A stretch of DNA of 64,000 bases, from positions 137,389 to 201,388 of the forward strand of contig CAVXDP010000015.1 in assembly GCA_963760485.1 (NCBI GenBank), given 5' to 3'. Both the position numbers and the translations under genes were made by a program. Below the pieces are notes generated by a model. That model was given only the letters and a program-made list of their open reading frames with translations. It was not told where the DNA came from and ran no database searches. Shown here piece after piece: positions 49,880-60,166 of the stretch. The stretch's first letter is position 1; every line of letters begins with the position of its first letter. The DNA is from Candidatus Bathyarchaeota archaeon. GTDB lineage: Archaea > Thermoproteota > Bathyarchaeia > 40CM-2-53-6 > CAVXDP01.

Positions 49880-50266
49880 ACCGCCAAAACACGGATAATG
49901 TTTTTGGGTACTTATGCCTATGCGGGAGGGTTGAAGGGTTGAAGAAAGGACCAGCTCTAGTGATACCAAGCCGTTCGGCAATTTCGCTAGTGCTTCTAGG
50001 GTTTGTATCACTCATCAAAATGAGGAATTTGTCTCTGGTGGCAAAAGGTCGGCTCATTGAGTTCTTTTCCGCTCTTGTTGCTCTTATCTCATGAACCCGA
50101 TTCTAACCCGAGATGCTCACGGAGCTCTCGGATGAGGGCTCTTACGCAACCGCAGAACTAGCCCGGTCCACCAATTTATTGACATCCAATCGACTGCAAT
50201 TTCCAGAGGTGTAGTACTCGTGGATCCGTTCAAATATCGACTGGTGAGAGCCTGCAAGTGGTCTTG

Positions 50267-51151
50267 TTATCTTACAACTTTCTTCAGGTCTATCTCTAGA
50301 ATGTCCGTTGCCCCAGTCTTCTTGAGAAGAGGTATGAGCTGTACCACTTGATCTTCTTCTACTGCTACCTCTACAGCATAACCGGGTTCTTTTTCCCCGT
50401 GAAGACGTGATATTGTAGGGCTCTTCATAGCAGGAAGGACTTTTGTCACGCTCACTAACATCTTCTCCGGAACATTCATCTTAAGTAGTTTCAGACCTCG
50501 TGCTTCAATGACGCCTCGAATAAGTGAGACGATATCTTCGATCTTGTCTCTTTTCCAAGGATCCTCCAGGCTCTGTCTATTGGCAACTAGCACAGCAGTT
50601 GATGAGAATAGAATGTGAGCTATGTCCCAACCGTTTTGTCTGAGTGTGGCACCTGTTTCTGAATTGTCAATGATAAGGTCTGCAACTTCGACAAACGTCT
50701 CTGTTGCTCCGTAAGACCTGATGAACCTCCATGGCATGTTATGCAAGTGTTCTTGGCATAGTTCCTTAGTGAGGTTCTCATACTCGGATGCGGCGATAAC
50801 ACGGCTACGACCAAATTCTACAAGCTTGTTAGTGAGGTCTCTGAACGTTGCTCCAGGATCTTCCAGATCCGGTTTTATGCCGTAGCGCTGTGGAATGGCT
50901 GCTACAACATCAACCTTACCGACTCCTAAGTCCAGAAACTGAGTTACATCAGATCCCAGTTCCATGATCCAATCTATTCCAGTTATTCCTATGTCGTACT
51001 TTCCTTCCTCAACGAGAGGGCCAATGTTCTGGGCTCTGTAGAGTCGCATCTCTAAATCTGGGTCTCGAGACTTGACAGTGTAAGATCTTTCATCGCTAAG
51101 TTTCGAACCGTAGCCGGCTTGTTCCAACAAGGAGGATATAGAGTTCCACAA
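50267..51151 (-). CDS. hisG: ATP phosphoribosyltransferase (long form)
   Basis: It has DIGITGIDW, the PRPP-binding region (DLIIDNSETGATLRQNG), and a C-terminal regulatory domain. Confidence 0.75.
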   Translation of the reverse strand: MWNSISSLLEQAGYGSKLSDERSYTVKSRDPDLEMRLYRAQNIGPLVEEGKYDIGITGIDWIMELGSDVTQFLDLGVGKVDVVAAIPQRYGIKPDLEDPGATFRDLTNKLVEFGRSRVIAASEYENLTKELCQEHLHNMPWRFIRSYGATETFVEVADLIIDNSETGATLRQNGWDIAHILFSSTAVLVANRQSLEDPWKRDKIEDIVSLIRGVIEARGLKLLKMNVPEKMLVSVTKVLPAMKSPTISRLHGEKEPGYAVEVAVEEDQVVQLIPLLKKTGATDILEIDLKKVVR

Positions 51152-51233
51152 GTGGCCTTTCGGTAGAGCTCGCCCTTAGTACAACCAAATCCTATCGACC
51201 CATGGATATTCGTATGTTAGCCTCTGCCAAGTC

Positions 51234-52460
51234 TCAATCGGTTCTTATCGGTGTTCCGGTATGATAGTATTTTCCTTCAGCCAGTAATGGCCAACCCGAA
51301 CGTACTCCGAAGATGCGACGTACTTTGGCTTCCAGAAAAGAGTATACTTGAAGTGCGCCATCGATTATGAAGTAGGGTAGAACGTAAGGGATCAACCCTG
51401 ACTTCCGCACCTTCATCAAGCCATAAGCCATCACGATGTTGCTGATGACAAATGGAAAGATTGTCAGAAGTCTTCCTAAGTCCGTCAATATACCCGGTCC
51501 GAGACTCGCAGTCAAAATAACGATGTACAAGACATACAGAAATGACAGGAACGTAGACGATTGTAGAGTCAATGGGAGCAAACCCACGACATGTTTCATT
51601 CTGCCAGTTCTTCCCAGCAAATCTCCAGTGTTGAATTGATACCATCTTCTGCGCTGTTTCATATATTCCCTAGGGTCCTCAACTTCTTCCTGCCAAAGGT
51701 TTGCATCAACTGCATCTATTAGCCAATTTCTTCTATAGAGTCTCATCGTCATTTCTGTGTCTTCAACGATGCTCGTTCCATGACTCTTTCCAACACTTTC
51801 CCACGCGCTTCTTCGCAGCGCATAGTTAGCCCCACTGATCAAATTAAACTGAGAAAGCCTGAACCTGCCAGTTCTTCCAAATATGACTATGTTCGTCATC
51901 CATTCATCTTCTATGGCCCGGAATCGGGTGAAGATGTTCTTGAAGTAGTTTCCACAGTGTATGGCTCCAACTACTCCTCCAACCCGAAGATCTCTGAAAG
52001 GTTGAACCATCTTCTTAGCCCAATCACGCTCGCATACTCCATCTGGGTCCGTAAGGAGTATGAACTCTCCGACAGCAAGCGTTTCTATGGCTTTGTCAAG
52101 TACTGGAGCTTTGAATTCAAAATGTTTCTCAGGTCTGAAATATCTGATGAGGCCATTCTTCTCATACCTCCTGCAGATATCTTCAGTCTCATCCGAGGAG
52201 CAATTGTCGTAGATTATGATCTCCATCTTGTCTTTAGGGTAAGCCTGGTCCAGAAAGTTCAGTATCTTTCTCTCTATGACATTGCCGGATTGCCAGGCAT
52301 ACGACATCAGAGTGACCGATGGAAAATAGCTGCAATCAACTTTCTTTTTCCTAAAATTCAATGCTATTATGAGAGACCATAGGGTTACAGCGTACATCAT
52401 GGTTACGATCACCATTTTTAGAAGATTTACAACAAGAAACGTTAGCTCAAGAGGGCTCAA
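51234..52460 (-). CDS. Membrane-bound family-2 glycosyltransferase
   Basis: It has an N-terminal TM segment, a GT-A fold with DNCSSD and DPDGV (D-x-D-like) motifs, and C-terminal TM helices. Confidence 0.7.
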   Translation of the reverse strand: MSPLELTFLVVNLLKMVIVTMMYAVTLWSLIIALNFRKKKVDCSYFPSVTLMSYAWQSGNVIERKILNFLDQAYPKDKMEIIIYDNCSSDETEDICRRYEKNGLIRYFRPEKHFEFKAPVLDKAIETLAVGEFILLTDPDGVCERDWAKKMVQPFRDLRVGGVVGAIHCGNYFKNIFTRFRAIEDEWMTNIVIFGRTGRFRLSQFNLISGANYALRRSAWESVGKSHGTSIVEDTEMTMRLYRRNWLIDAVDANLWQEEVEDPREYMKQRRRWYQFNTGDLLGRTGRMKHVVGLLPLTLQSSTFLSFLYVLYIVILTASLGPGILTDLGRLLTIFPFVISNIVMAYGLMKVRKSGLIPYVLPYFIIDGALQVYSFLEAKVRRIFGVRSGWPLLAEGKYYHTGTPIRTD

Positions 52461-52483
52461 TTCATGCTGTACCCCGGCAGTCC

Positions 52484-52906
52484 TTACATCAATCCCTTTC
52501 TTTTTAAGAAGTTTCTAAGGGTCTTTGTCAACTTGTAGTTCTTCAATTCCTTGATGTCGACCCAACGAGCGTCAAGACTATCTGATGACGCTCTTAAGCG
52601 ACCAGAGATTGGGCGACCCCAAAAATCGACAATAACATAATGATATTGAATCTTATCTCTCGAGTCTCGGGTTATGTAATCCACTACACCAAAAATACCG
52701 TCGATCTTGACCTTCAGACCCGTCTCCTCCCTTACCTCTCTCAAGGCTGCGTCTTGCACCTTTTCGCCAAGTTCCACGAGTCCTCCTGGGATTCCCCATA
52801 GCCCTCTTCCCGGTTCACCTGCTCTCTTAACTAGAAGTAGGCTCTTGCCTTTTCTAACGACGACGCTTGCTCCGACCAACGGACTTGTGGGGTACTTTCT
52901 TGTCAA
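52484..52906 (-). CDS. Nudix hydrolase
   Basis: It has the Nudix box GGLVELGEKVQDAALREVREETGL. Confidence 0.75.
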   Translation of the reverse strand: MTRKYPTSPLVGASVVVRKGKSLLLVKRAGEPGRGLWGIPGGLVELGEKVQDAALREVREETGLKVKIDGIFGVVDYITRDSRDKIQYHYVIVDFWGRPISGRLRASSDSLDARWVDIKELKNYKLTKTLRNFLKRKGLM

Positions 52907-53013
52907 GCAGCTATCTCCGGATGTATCTGTATTTCTATCCTGCTAGAAAATATGATTTTGTGGTTTCAGGCAAGGTTTCAACAAATTCTATGCTATTCTG
53001 AAGTATCTGTTGA

Positions 53014-53361
53014 CTATATTGGATTTGAGACTTGCTGCTGGCTAGAATATGAAGCGATAAATTCCCAAGCAAATCTATCAGCGTACTTCTCTGTTCCCTT
53101 GTGTTTTCCACTTGTGCTTCTCAAATGATGATAGAATTCGTGAAGAATGACATGAGGATTGTTCAGTCCATCACTTGAAGAGATGTAGATGGTGTTTTTT
53201 GAGTGAACGTAGACACCCAGGCTTGTGCGTGACCTCTTTACCCTTCCAACTTTCAGGTTTGGAGGGCGAATCGAGTATTTTTCGCTGAGAATTCTTAGAG
53301 CGGTCTCGGGTTTCTTCTGAAGAATGAGTGCCACTATCCTTGCTTTGAACTCGGTATCCAA
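53014..53361 (-). CDS. Small HExxH-motif protein (putative metallopeptidase-like), hypothetical
   Basis: The 115-aa product contains HEFYHH. Confidence 0.3.
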   Translation of the reverse strand: MDTEFKARIVALILQKKPETALRILSEKYSIRPPNLKVGRVKRSRTSLGVYVHSKNTIYISSSDGLNNPHVILHEFYHHLRSTSGKHKGTEKYADRFAWEFIASYSSQQQVSNPI

Positions 53362-53423
53362 AGGTTATGCGATCTCTTCCTTGTTTTGATTTGCTCTAGC
53401 ATAAAAAATGGATCATATCTCTT

Positions 53424-53894
53424 GTGAACTCTTATATGGTGGAGCAATTTTCAGGGATGATTTGGTGTCAGACTGTGGACGTCGTTACAAGTCGGATAAG
53501 TTTCCAGACTAGAGCAGAAACTGATATGGTCGATATTACGGATAGACTGGCAAAGAATATCAGAGATTCAGGTTTGAAAGATGGCATCGCAACCATATTT
53601 GTTCCAGGTTCTACTGGAGCTCTTACGACAATTGAATACGAACCGGGGTTGCTCAAGGATTTTCCGGATATGCTTGACAGAGTGGCTCCAAGAAACATAG
53701 AATATGAGCATGAGAGAAGATGGCATGATGGAAATGGGCATTCGCATGTTAGGGCGTCTCTAATAGGCCCAAGCATAACCATTCCTTTCGAAAATGGAAA
53801 GCCAACTCTAGGGACTTGGCAACAGATAGTTTTCCTTGAACTTGATGCACGAGGTAGATCCAGACAACTCATTGTTCAAGTCATGGGGAAATAA
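53424..53894 (+). CDS. YjbQ/UPF0047-family protein (secondary thiamine-phosphate synthase-like)
   Basis: The 156-aa product has VDITD..., THSHVRASLIGPS..., the characteristic YjbQ pattern. Confidence 0.7.
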   Translation: MNSYMVEQFSGMIWCQTVDVVTSRISFQTRAETDMVDITDRLAKNIRDSGLKDGIATIFVPGSTGALTTIEYEPGLLKDFPDMLDRVAPRNIEYEHERRWHDGNGHSHVRASLIGPSITIPFENGKPTLGTWQQIVFLELDARGRSRQLIVQVMGK

Positions 53895-53914
53895 GCTTCG
53901 TGAAGCTTTCACCA

Positions 53915-54688
53915 TCAGGCTTTGATCATCTGCTTGGTCGTCCGTGAAATTCCGGGCTGAAAAGCGCGGGCGCTGATCCCCTTCAGATGTGGGCCGATGC
54001 TTGATATCACGCCAGGCGCGTCGGTCCCCAGCTTACATATGAGAGCGTGAGCCGTTAGGCTCGGCGATTCAATGTCAGCTATATCTCTTCTAAGCCCTGA
54101 TCGTTCCACAGTATCTTCTAAGTCGCCTCTAGAACATCCAATTAGAATCACTCTATCAAAGGGAAAACGAATCCAATCGTTGAAATAGGAAACTTGTCGA
54201 TCACTGAGCTCAACATCGATTTTTCGGGAACCCATGTCTATGCCAGTCACTCTAACTTCGATGGGAAAACCTTCTTGCAAACAGAAGCGCTTGGATATTT
54301 CTCGAACAGACACTTTTTCACCGTCAGCGAGTTGACTCCGCATCGCATGCAGTGGGTACAGTGCATCAGTCTGACTCGACGATCGTAGACATATGTCCAC
54401 GTAGATCCCGTATCCAACCGTCGAATCTACGACGATGCCGCGAATGTTGTCTCCTTCCTTCAGCTCCGAAATGTCGGTTTTGGCGATTCCATACTTCCTC
54501 TTGAAGATCTCTGCTAACACCTCTGAATCGGCTCCCGAAAAGTCCACATAGACCCAGCCATACTTATCGAAGCCTATGTTATGGAGATCCACGGACAAGT
54601 CCTTGGTGAGCTTTTCGAATTCTTCTCTGAAGATCCTCAAAGCTGCGTCTCTGTTGATTCGACGAAAGTTTTCGAGCAGATAAATCAT
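53915..54688 (-). CDS. Conserved hypothetical protein (archaeal DUF-type, about 257 aa)
   Basis: It is a long ORF with no recognisable catalytic motif. Confidence 0.3.
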   Translation of the reverse strand: MIYLLENFRRINRDAALRIFREEFEKLTKDLSVDLHNIGFDKYGWVYVDFSGADSEVLAEIFKRKYGIAKTDISELKEGDNIRGIVVDSTVGYGIYVDICLRSSSQTDALYPLHAMRSQLADGEKVSVREISKRFCLQEGFPIEVRVTGIDMGSRKIDVELSDRQVSYFNDWIRFPFDRVILIGCSRGDLEDTVERSGLRRDIADIESPSLTAHALICKLGTDAPGVISSIGPHLKGISARAFQPGISRTTKQMIKA

Positions 54689-55221
54689 AGATAATCTGAA
54701 CCCATCATCTTAGCAATCTCTTCGTGGAGTCTCCTAAGCCTCTCAATCGACGGGTGGGTTGGTCCCAAGGTGTTCGCAAGTTCGTTGATGGCATCTTCAA
54801 AACTCATTCTCCGATGGCCCTTTGTTATCTTGTCAGCGTAGGCTACGATCTTTTCCTCTGGGGTTGTTTGCAGATAGTCTTTAGGGGGAAGGCCCAGTCT
54901 GAGTGCCTCTGATCTTGGGATGCCTGCACCCACATGATTCTCAACTATTCTTATCAGATCTTCAGGCATACCATTTTCGCGGGCTAGCTGGGCTCCAACG
55001 ACGGCGTGCGATATTTCGTGTGTACGTGACCGGCCAATATCATGCAGTAATGCGCCTACCTCGACCAGCCTTCTGTTGACAGTGACACCATTGGATTCAC
55101 ATTTTGAAGCTATCTGCAGGGCAACTTCAGAAACGAAGCTCACATGTTCTAGAACTTGCTGAGGACAACCAACCTTGTGAAGGAGTTTCAAAGCTTCATC
55201 TCGAGATGGGACCTCAATCAA
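54685..55221 (-). CDS. HD-domain phosphohydrolase
   Basis: It has HDIGR ... H..D metal-binding motifs. Confidence 0.7.
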   Translation of the reverse strand: MIEVPSRDEALKLLHKVGCPQQVLEHVSFVSEVALQIASKCESNGVTVNRRLVEVGALLHDIGRSRTHEISHAVVGAQLARENGMPEDLIRIVENHVGAGIPRSEALRLGLPPKDYLQTTPEEKIVAYADKITKGHRRMSFEDAINELANTLGPTHPSIERLRRLHEEIAKMMGSDYL

Positions 55222-55720
55222 TCATTTCTTCCTCAATCTGCTTGATGCGTGTTGCCAGAAATTGAACGATCTTGTCGTTACTCGTACTCTTCAGTTGCTC
55301 ACTGCACTGTATGCATCGAAAAGTGGATTCCATGGCTTCCTCAAATGTCATACGAACGGTCTTACATTTCGGACAGATGAAAAATTCGTGAGCCAACTCA
55401 AAACCGTATCTAGCTTTCACCTTCTCTAGAGTCCGTCTCTTTCTGTTTCGTATGAACGCATCAAGCTGATCAGGTTGAAGCTTCCAATAGAAGATATACC
55501 ACCCTGTCTTTTCATCTTGAACTCTCTTAGCTGATACAAGTGCATGATCATAGAGCTTATACAGGATTTTCCTTATTGTGTTGAGTCTAATGTTCGATTC
55601 GTTTGCTATCGTTTCATCAGTAGCCTCCTTGAGCTTCATGAGGGTTTTCACAATAACAAGTGCCTCTTCCCCTCCGAAGAAAGGAGCTATCTTCACGTAC
55701 TCATTATCAAGAATTGACAA
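55214..55720 (-). CDS. tfe: Transcription factor E (TFE/TFIIE-alpha homolog)
   Basis: It has an N-terminal winged helix and a C-terminal Zn ribbon (CPKC...CIQC); length and layout match archaeal TFE. Confidence 0.7.
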   Translation of the reverse strand: MSILDNEYVKIAPFFGGEEALVIVKTLMKLKEATDETIANESNIRLNTIRKILYKLYDHALVSAKRVQDEKTGWYIFYWKLQPDQLDAFIRNRKRRTLEKVKARYGFELAHEFFICPKCKTVRMTFEEAMESTFRCIQCSEQLKSTSNDKIVQFLATRIKQIEEEMID

Positions 55721-55848
55721 ATGACCGTGGCCTCTGCGTCGAACCTTTCTCGAAAGAACCGAGAGAGATTTCTCATAATTCTTAACAATCTTAAACCTAA
55801 AAACCTTTGTAGCTTATTTCATTCCAGTGTCAAGAATCGTGCTTAGGG

Positions 55849-56445
55849 TCAATCTTGTTTAGCCCTCTGGCATTCGATCACGCGCTTGCCACGAGGTGAC
55901 GGAACCAAATGCAACTTTCCGTTTTCAAAGATTCGACTCAGTGATCTTCCTTGATAGAGTCTATCTAGGAAAATAGCCAAAGCCGCTACCTCAGAGTGGG
56001 GTTGATTTCCAATGGCGACGTTGAAGTCAGAAAAGTCCTCGGAATAGAATTCTGGGGGAACTTTTTGGCTTCCAACCAAGATTAGTATCTTCTTTGAAGA
56101 ACGCTTTATTTCTTCAAGAATGTTGCTTGTCTCAAGGTTTTCTCCGTACATTGTCAGATGCACGATGATTCCTCCAGTTTTCTTCCATTCCTGTACGGTC
56201 GCTTTCCATGATTTTCCAGATTCGACGAAGAATTGTCCTCCCCAATTGTCAACAACACGTGCTATAGTTGACTTGAGAGCAGTGTCTTCAACGTCAGAGA
56301 GAATGAACCCTTTAGCTCCCAATGCACGGGCTGTAAGAGCAACGTGCGCTGTAACTCTGAAATCTCTTGGTCTATGTCCCCATCGAAGCACGAAAACTTC
56401 AGGAGCTAGTTCTACCATTGAAACAGACGCTCGATCTAGCCTCAA
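55849..56445 (-). CDS. tRNA (cytidine56-2'-O)-methyltransferase aTrm56 (SPOUT)
   Basis: It has LRWGHRPRDFRVTAHVALTARALGAKG ... DNWGGQFF, matching the aTrm56 N-terminal pattern. Confidence 0.65.
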   Translation of the reverse strand: MRLDRASVSMVELAPEVFVLRWGHRPRDFRVTAHVALTARALGAKGFILSDVEDTALKSTIARVVDNWGGQFFVESGKSWKATVQEWKKTGGIIVHLTMYGENLETSNILEEIKRSSKKILILVGSQKVPPEFYSEDFSDFNVAIGNQPHSEVAALAIFLDRLYQGRSLSRIFENGKLHLVPSPRGKRVIECQRAKQD

Positions 56446-56456
56446 AATTGGGGTGG

Positions 56457-56976
56457 TCAGCTTTCTTTGGTTTGTTTTCGCTCCTTCTTGAACTGAATAA
56501 CGTCTCCTATGGTTAACTCTGGAGTCTCACTGAGAGTTTGTTTAGGTGCATCTGGTTCAGCTGCCGGAATCATGAGTTTCATTCTCAGAACGTGTTCAAG
56601 TGTACGAGAAAGTTGAAGGTTGGGAATCATCTTTTCCAATTCAATCTTCTGAATGATCGAAAGTCTTTCCTTGGCCAGCTTGGCCAAATCCTCTTGGCTT
56701 AACCCAAGCTTCTCTCTGGCTTTTCGAATTCGATTGGCGTAATCGTCGCGAAGTTCTAGTTCAGTATACCCCTTTGGAAGAGAGCCCGTTTGCATCTTAG
56801 GTCTGGCTTTCATCGGTCTAGAGATAGGTCGCTCAGGCGCCTTCGAAGGAGCCTACCGGTTGCCAGTAATCTTCACCATGAGTTGAACATTTGGGGCAGA
56901 CGACCAGGCGAGCTCCCTCAACGACGACGTGAGCCGGAGGGCCTCTTATCGGATTGCCACAGATTTCGCAGTTCAC
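56457..56976 (-). CDS. Archaeal MBF1 (multiprotein bridging factor 1; Zn ribbon plus XRE-type HTH), split by an apparent frameshift near 56815-56845
   Basis: Hand translation of 56976..56831 gives VNCEICGNPIRGPPAHVVVEGARLVVCPKCSTHGEDYWQPV, the MBF1 zinc ribbon. The HTH part (LGLSQEDLAKLAKERLSIIQKIE) is in ORF 56457..56813, in a different frame. Confidence 0.6.
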
Positions 56977-57054
56977 TTGGGTCGACCTTCCTTATCCGGT
57001 TGACTTCGTCAAATCTGGTATGACATAACTGAAGTGTTTAAGTTGTTATAAAAC

Positions 57055-57600
57055 ATGAATGGATCGGTCGCTCTAATGAAGAGAGCAGATTATAGGGAAC
57101 TCGCGAAGCTTAGAAGCGTTGGGAACTACCAATTTGGCAAAGGCGCCGGTAACGCTCTGTTTCCCAGCAGAATTCTTCTAACTCATTCCAGAAAGACGGG
57201 AAGGGTTCGGCTAGTATATCTTGATGGAAAATTGTTGGCGACTCTTCGACCTCGAGATGGTCAACTGGCTCTCACGTTAGAAGGTGCAAGGCTTCTTCTG
57301 AGTAAGTGCAAGTCTCTCCCTGCATACGTTACAGTAAGAAACGATGTTAGGGAGTTCATTAAGAAAGGTCGAAATGCATTTGCAAAGCACGTGATTCATG
57401 TCGACAAGAAACTGCGCCCGGAAGACGAAGCACTGGTTCTGGATGAGGATAGGAATCTACTTGCTGTTGGAAGGGCAGCATTGAGTGGAGAAGAGATTAT
57501 GGCTTTCAAATTCGGAGTTGGGGTTCGTATCAGGAGGGGAATCGAAGAGAACAGAAAGAGCGAGGCCGAGTCTACGAAAGGTCATTTGCCCGCAGATTGA
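57055..57600 (+). CDS. PUA-domain-like RNA-binding protein (tentative)
   Basis: The 181-aa product has a C-terminal segment resembling a PUA fold (EALVLDEDRNLLAVGRAALSGEEI). Weak. Confidence 0.3.
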   Translation: MNGSVALMKRADYRELAKLRSVGNYQFGKGAGNALFPSRILLTHSRKTGRVRLVYLDGKLLATLRPRDGQLALTLEGARLLLSKCKSLPAYVTVRNDVREFIKKGRNAFAKHVIHVDKKLRPEDEALVLDEDRNLLAVGRAALSGEEIMAFKFGVGVRIRRGIEENRKSEAESTKGHLPAD

Positions 57601-57609
57601 GGTGATGTC

Positions 57610-58389
57610 GTGAGAGTAGGTTTCGTTCAAATGAATTCCAAAATGTTGCAAGTGGAAGACAATGTCGACAGGGCTCTCCGAACCCTCCAAAGAATGAAGG
57701 CAGACCTAGTTGTTCTTCCAGAATTGTTCAACACAGGGTACAATTTCGCAAACAGAAGAGAAGTTGACAAAGTGTCGGAGAATATTCCTGATGGATTCAC
57801 AACGGAAAAACTGCTAGAAACATCACGTGAATTGGGGATGATCATCGTTGCGGGCCTGGCGGAGAAATCAAATGGAAACTACTACAATTCCGCGGTGGTA
57901 GTAGGTGAGAAATATCTTGGAAAGTATAGGAAGATTCACTTATTCTCCAGAGAGAAGAAACTCTTCACCAAAGGGAGAGAATTCAAAGTCTTTGGAAACA
58001 TTGGAATCATGATATGTTTTGACTGGGTCTTTCCAGAGAGTGCTAGAATTCTAATGTTGAAAGGCGCGGAGGTAATAGCGCACCCCGCGGCTCTAGTACT
58101 ACCATATTGTCCTGATTCTATGAAGACTCGAAGCCTTGAAAACAGAGTTTTTACCATTACAGCCGACAGAATCGGCGTGGAAAGAGGTTTGAGATTCATA
58201 GGCAGTTCGCAGATAGTCGATCCTACGGGAAGGATAATCTTCAGGGCGACCGAGACGGAAGAACAGTCCGTAGTAAGAACCATACAACTCAAAGACGCGA
58301 GAAAGAAGAAGTTCTCACGGTTCAACAGTATCCTTGAAGACCGCGTAACCGAGGCTTATCACGATCTCGCTAAACGATCCTTGCGCTAA
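57610..58389 (+). CDS. Carbon-nitrogen hydrolase (nitrilase superfamily)
   Basis: It has the E-K-C triad context (LVVLPELF...; CFDWVFPE). Confidence 0.8.
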   Translation: MRVGFVQMNSKMLQVEDNVDRALRTLQRMKADLVVLPELFNTGYNFANRREVDKVSENIPDGFTTEKLLETSRELGMIIVAGLAEKSNGNYYNSAVVVGEKYLGKYRKIHLFSREKKLFTKGREFKVFGNIGIMICFDWVFPESARILMLKGAEVIAHPAALVLPYCPDSMKTRSLENRVFTITADRIGVERGLRFIGSSQIVDPTGRIIFRATETEEQSVVRTIQLKDARKKKFSRFNSILEDRVTEAYHDLAKRSLR

Positions 58390-58421
58390 GCTTTTAGTAG
58401 CAGCACCCGGATCAGCTCAGA

Positions 58422-58809
58422 ATGGTTGGTGTTGGAATGTCTTACAAAGCTCTGAGGTCTGTCCGAGGCATGCCGTCAGGGAGACAGGCTGCTCGGATGA
58501 TGCAACGTATGGGAATGAACTTCGACGAGGTTAGTGGTGTAACGCGCGTTACAATAGAAACCAACGAAAAGAAGATTCTGATTGATGAACCCAGCGTTGT
58601 AACGGTCACCGCGCAAGGCCAGACAATGTATCAAGTCACAGGAGGAACCATGAGAGAAGAAGTTCTGAAGGCGGCCATTCCAGAAGTCGACATCAAGCTT
58701 GTTATCGGAACAGACTGGGAAGACCGCTGAAGAAGCTAGAAAAGCTCTTGAGGACACGGGCGGTGACCTGGCTAAAGCGATCTTGTTACTAAAGTCTGGA
58801 ACAACCTGA
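58422..58809 (+). CDS. Nascent polypeptide-associated complex protein (NAC alpha) with its UBA-like C-terminus in a different frame (indel near 58700-58725)
   Basis: The NAC domain ...MMQRMGMNFDEVSGVTRVTIETNEKKILIDEPSVV... ends at a stop at 58730. The +1 frame continues AEEARKALEDTGGDLAKAILLLKSGTT (UBA-like) to a stop at 58807. Confidence 0.65.
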
Positions 58810-58945
58810 TCAATGCGGATCGACTCTCAAAGCTTCTCAGTGGGACATTGAGAATCCGAGTGCAGATCTCCAGTTCTGGAAGACTGCTATACAATAGCTT
58901 TATTTTCAATCGTTCCAAATCATCTTTCGAGTGGAGAACTGATAC

Positions 58946-60130
58946 TTGACGTACCTGATCGGTGAAGCTCTCGTTGGGCGAGAACCTGAAATTGCGCATA
59001 TAGATCTCTTGGTCGGTGACAGAGATGGTCCGGTCGGTCAGGCTTTTGCAAGTGGATTAGCGAATCTATCCGCCGGTCACACACCATTATTGGCTGTTAT
59101 CCGACCGAACCTTCCATCCAAACCGTATACCCTAATTGTTCCCAAAGTTACGGTCAAAGATTTTGAGCAGATTCAGAAAATCTTTGGTCCTGCACAGGCC
59201 GCCGTTGCCAAGGCTGTAGCAGACGCTGTTGAGGAGGGAATTGTACCGAAGGACAAGGCTGATGATTGGGTCATCGTCTGCAGCGTGTTTGTGCACCCAG
59301 AAGCGAAAGACTTCAGAAAGATATACCACTACAACTACGGAGCAACGAAGCTTGCACTTAAGAGAGCTATGACAAACTCGCCTAGCCTTGAAAAGATCAT
59401 GTACGATAAGGATAGAGCTCAACATCCTATCATGGACTTCAGGGTACCTAGGCTTTGGATGCCGCCCTACCTTCAGATCGCCCTAGATGTAACGGATATT
59501 GAGAGGGTAAAGAAGATTGTCAGTGAACTTCCTTCCAGTGACAGAATCATCTTAGAAGCTGGGACTCCTCTCATAAAGAAATATGGGGTTAGGGTAATCC
59601 AAGAACTAAGAGAGATTGCAAAGGACATATTCATCGTAGCTGATCTCAAGACTCTGGATGTTGGGCAGGTCGAGGTGGATCTTGCTCATGACGAGACTGC
59701 TGACGCTGTAGTTGCGTCCGGTCTTGCCCCGAGAGATACCCTTGAGAAGTTCAACTATGAAGCAAAGAGATTAGGGATCTACGCTATTATGGACATGATG
59801 GGAGTATCAAACCCGGTCGAAGTGCTGAGTTCGCTTAACGAGCATCCCGACGTGATAATTCTTCACAGGGGCATAGATGAGGAGAAAACTGGAAAGACCA
59901 GATGGGAGCTCATCAAGGAAATCAAGGCGATGTTCAAGGACAAGAAGATATTGATTGCTGTCGCAGGAGGCATAGAGCCAGGCAACGTCGAGGAAGCCCT
60001 CAAAGCAGGAGCAGACATCCTCGTGGTTGGAAGGTACATAACTCAGTCAAAGGACGCCGAAAGAGCTGCGAGAGAGTTTCTGATTCATATGGGTCCAGAC
60101 ATGGACCTGTTCAGAGTGCATGTTGAGTAA
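58946..60130 (+). CDS. Bifunctional formaldehyde-activating enzyme / 3-hexulose-6-phosphate synthase (Fae-Hps fusion)
   Basis: The N-terminus matches the Fae pattern ([46 protein letters not shown]). The C-terminal half is an OMPDC-fold HPS ([11 protein letters not shown]..., [11 protein letters not shown]). Confidence 0.8.
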   Translation: MTYLIGEALVGREPEIAHIDLLVGDRDGPVGQAFASGLANLSAGHTPLLAVIRPNLPSKPYTLIVPKVTVKDFEQIQKIFGPAQAAVAKAVADAVEEGIVPKDKADDWVIVCSVFVHPEAKDFRKIYHYNYGATKLALKRAMTNSPSLEKIMYDKDRAQHPIMDFRVPRLWMPPYLQIALDVTDIERVKKIVSELPSSDRIILEAGTPLIKKYGVRVIQELREIAKDIFIVADLKTLDVGQVEVDLAHDETADAVVASGLAPRDTLEKFNYEAKRLGIYAIMDMMGVSNPVEVLSSLNEHPDVIILHRGIDEEKTGKTRWELIKEIKAMFKDKKILIAVAGGIEPGNVEEALKAGADILVVGRYITQSKDAERAAREFLIHMGPDMDLFRVHVE

Positions 60131-60166
60131 CCCCATATTGACTCTGCACCCTAATCTAAGCTCTAG

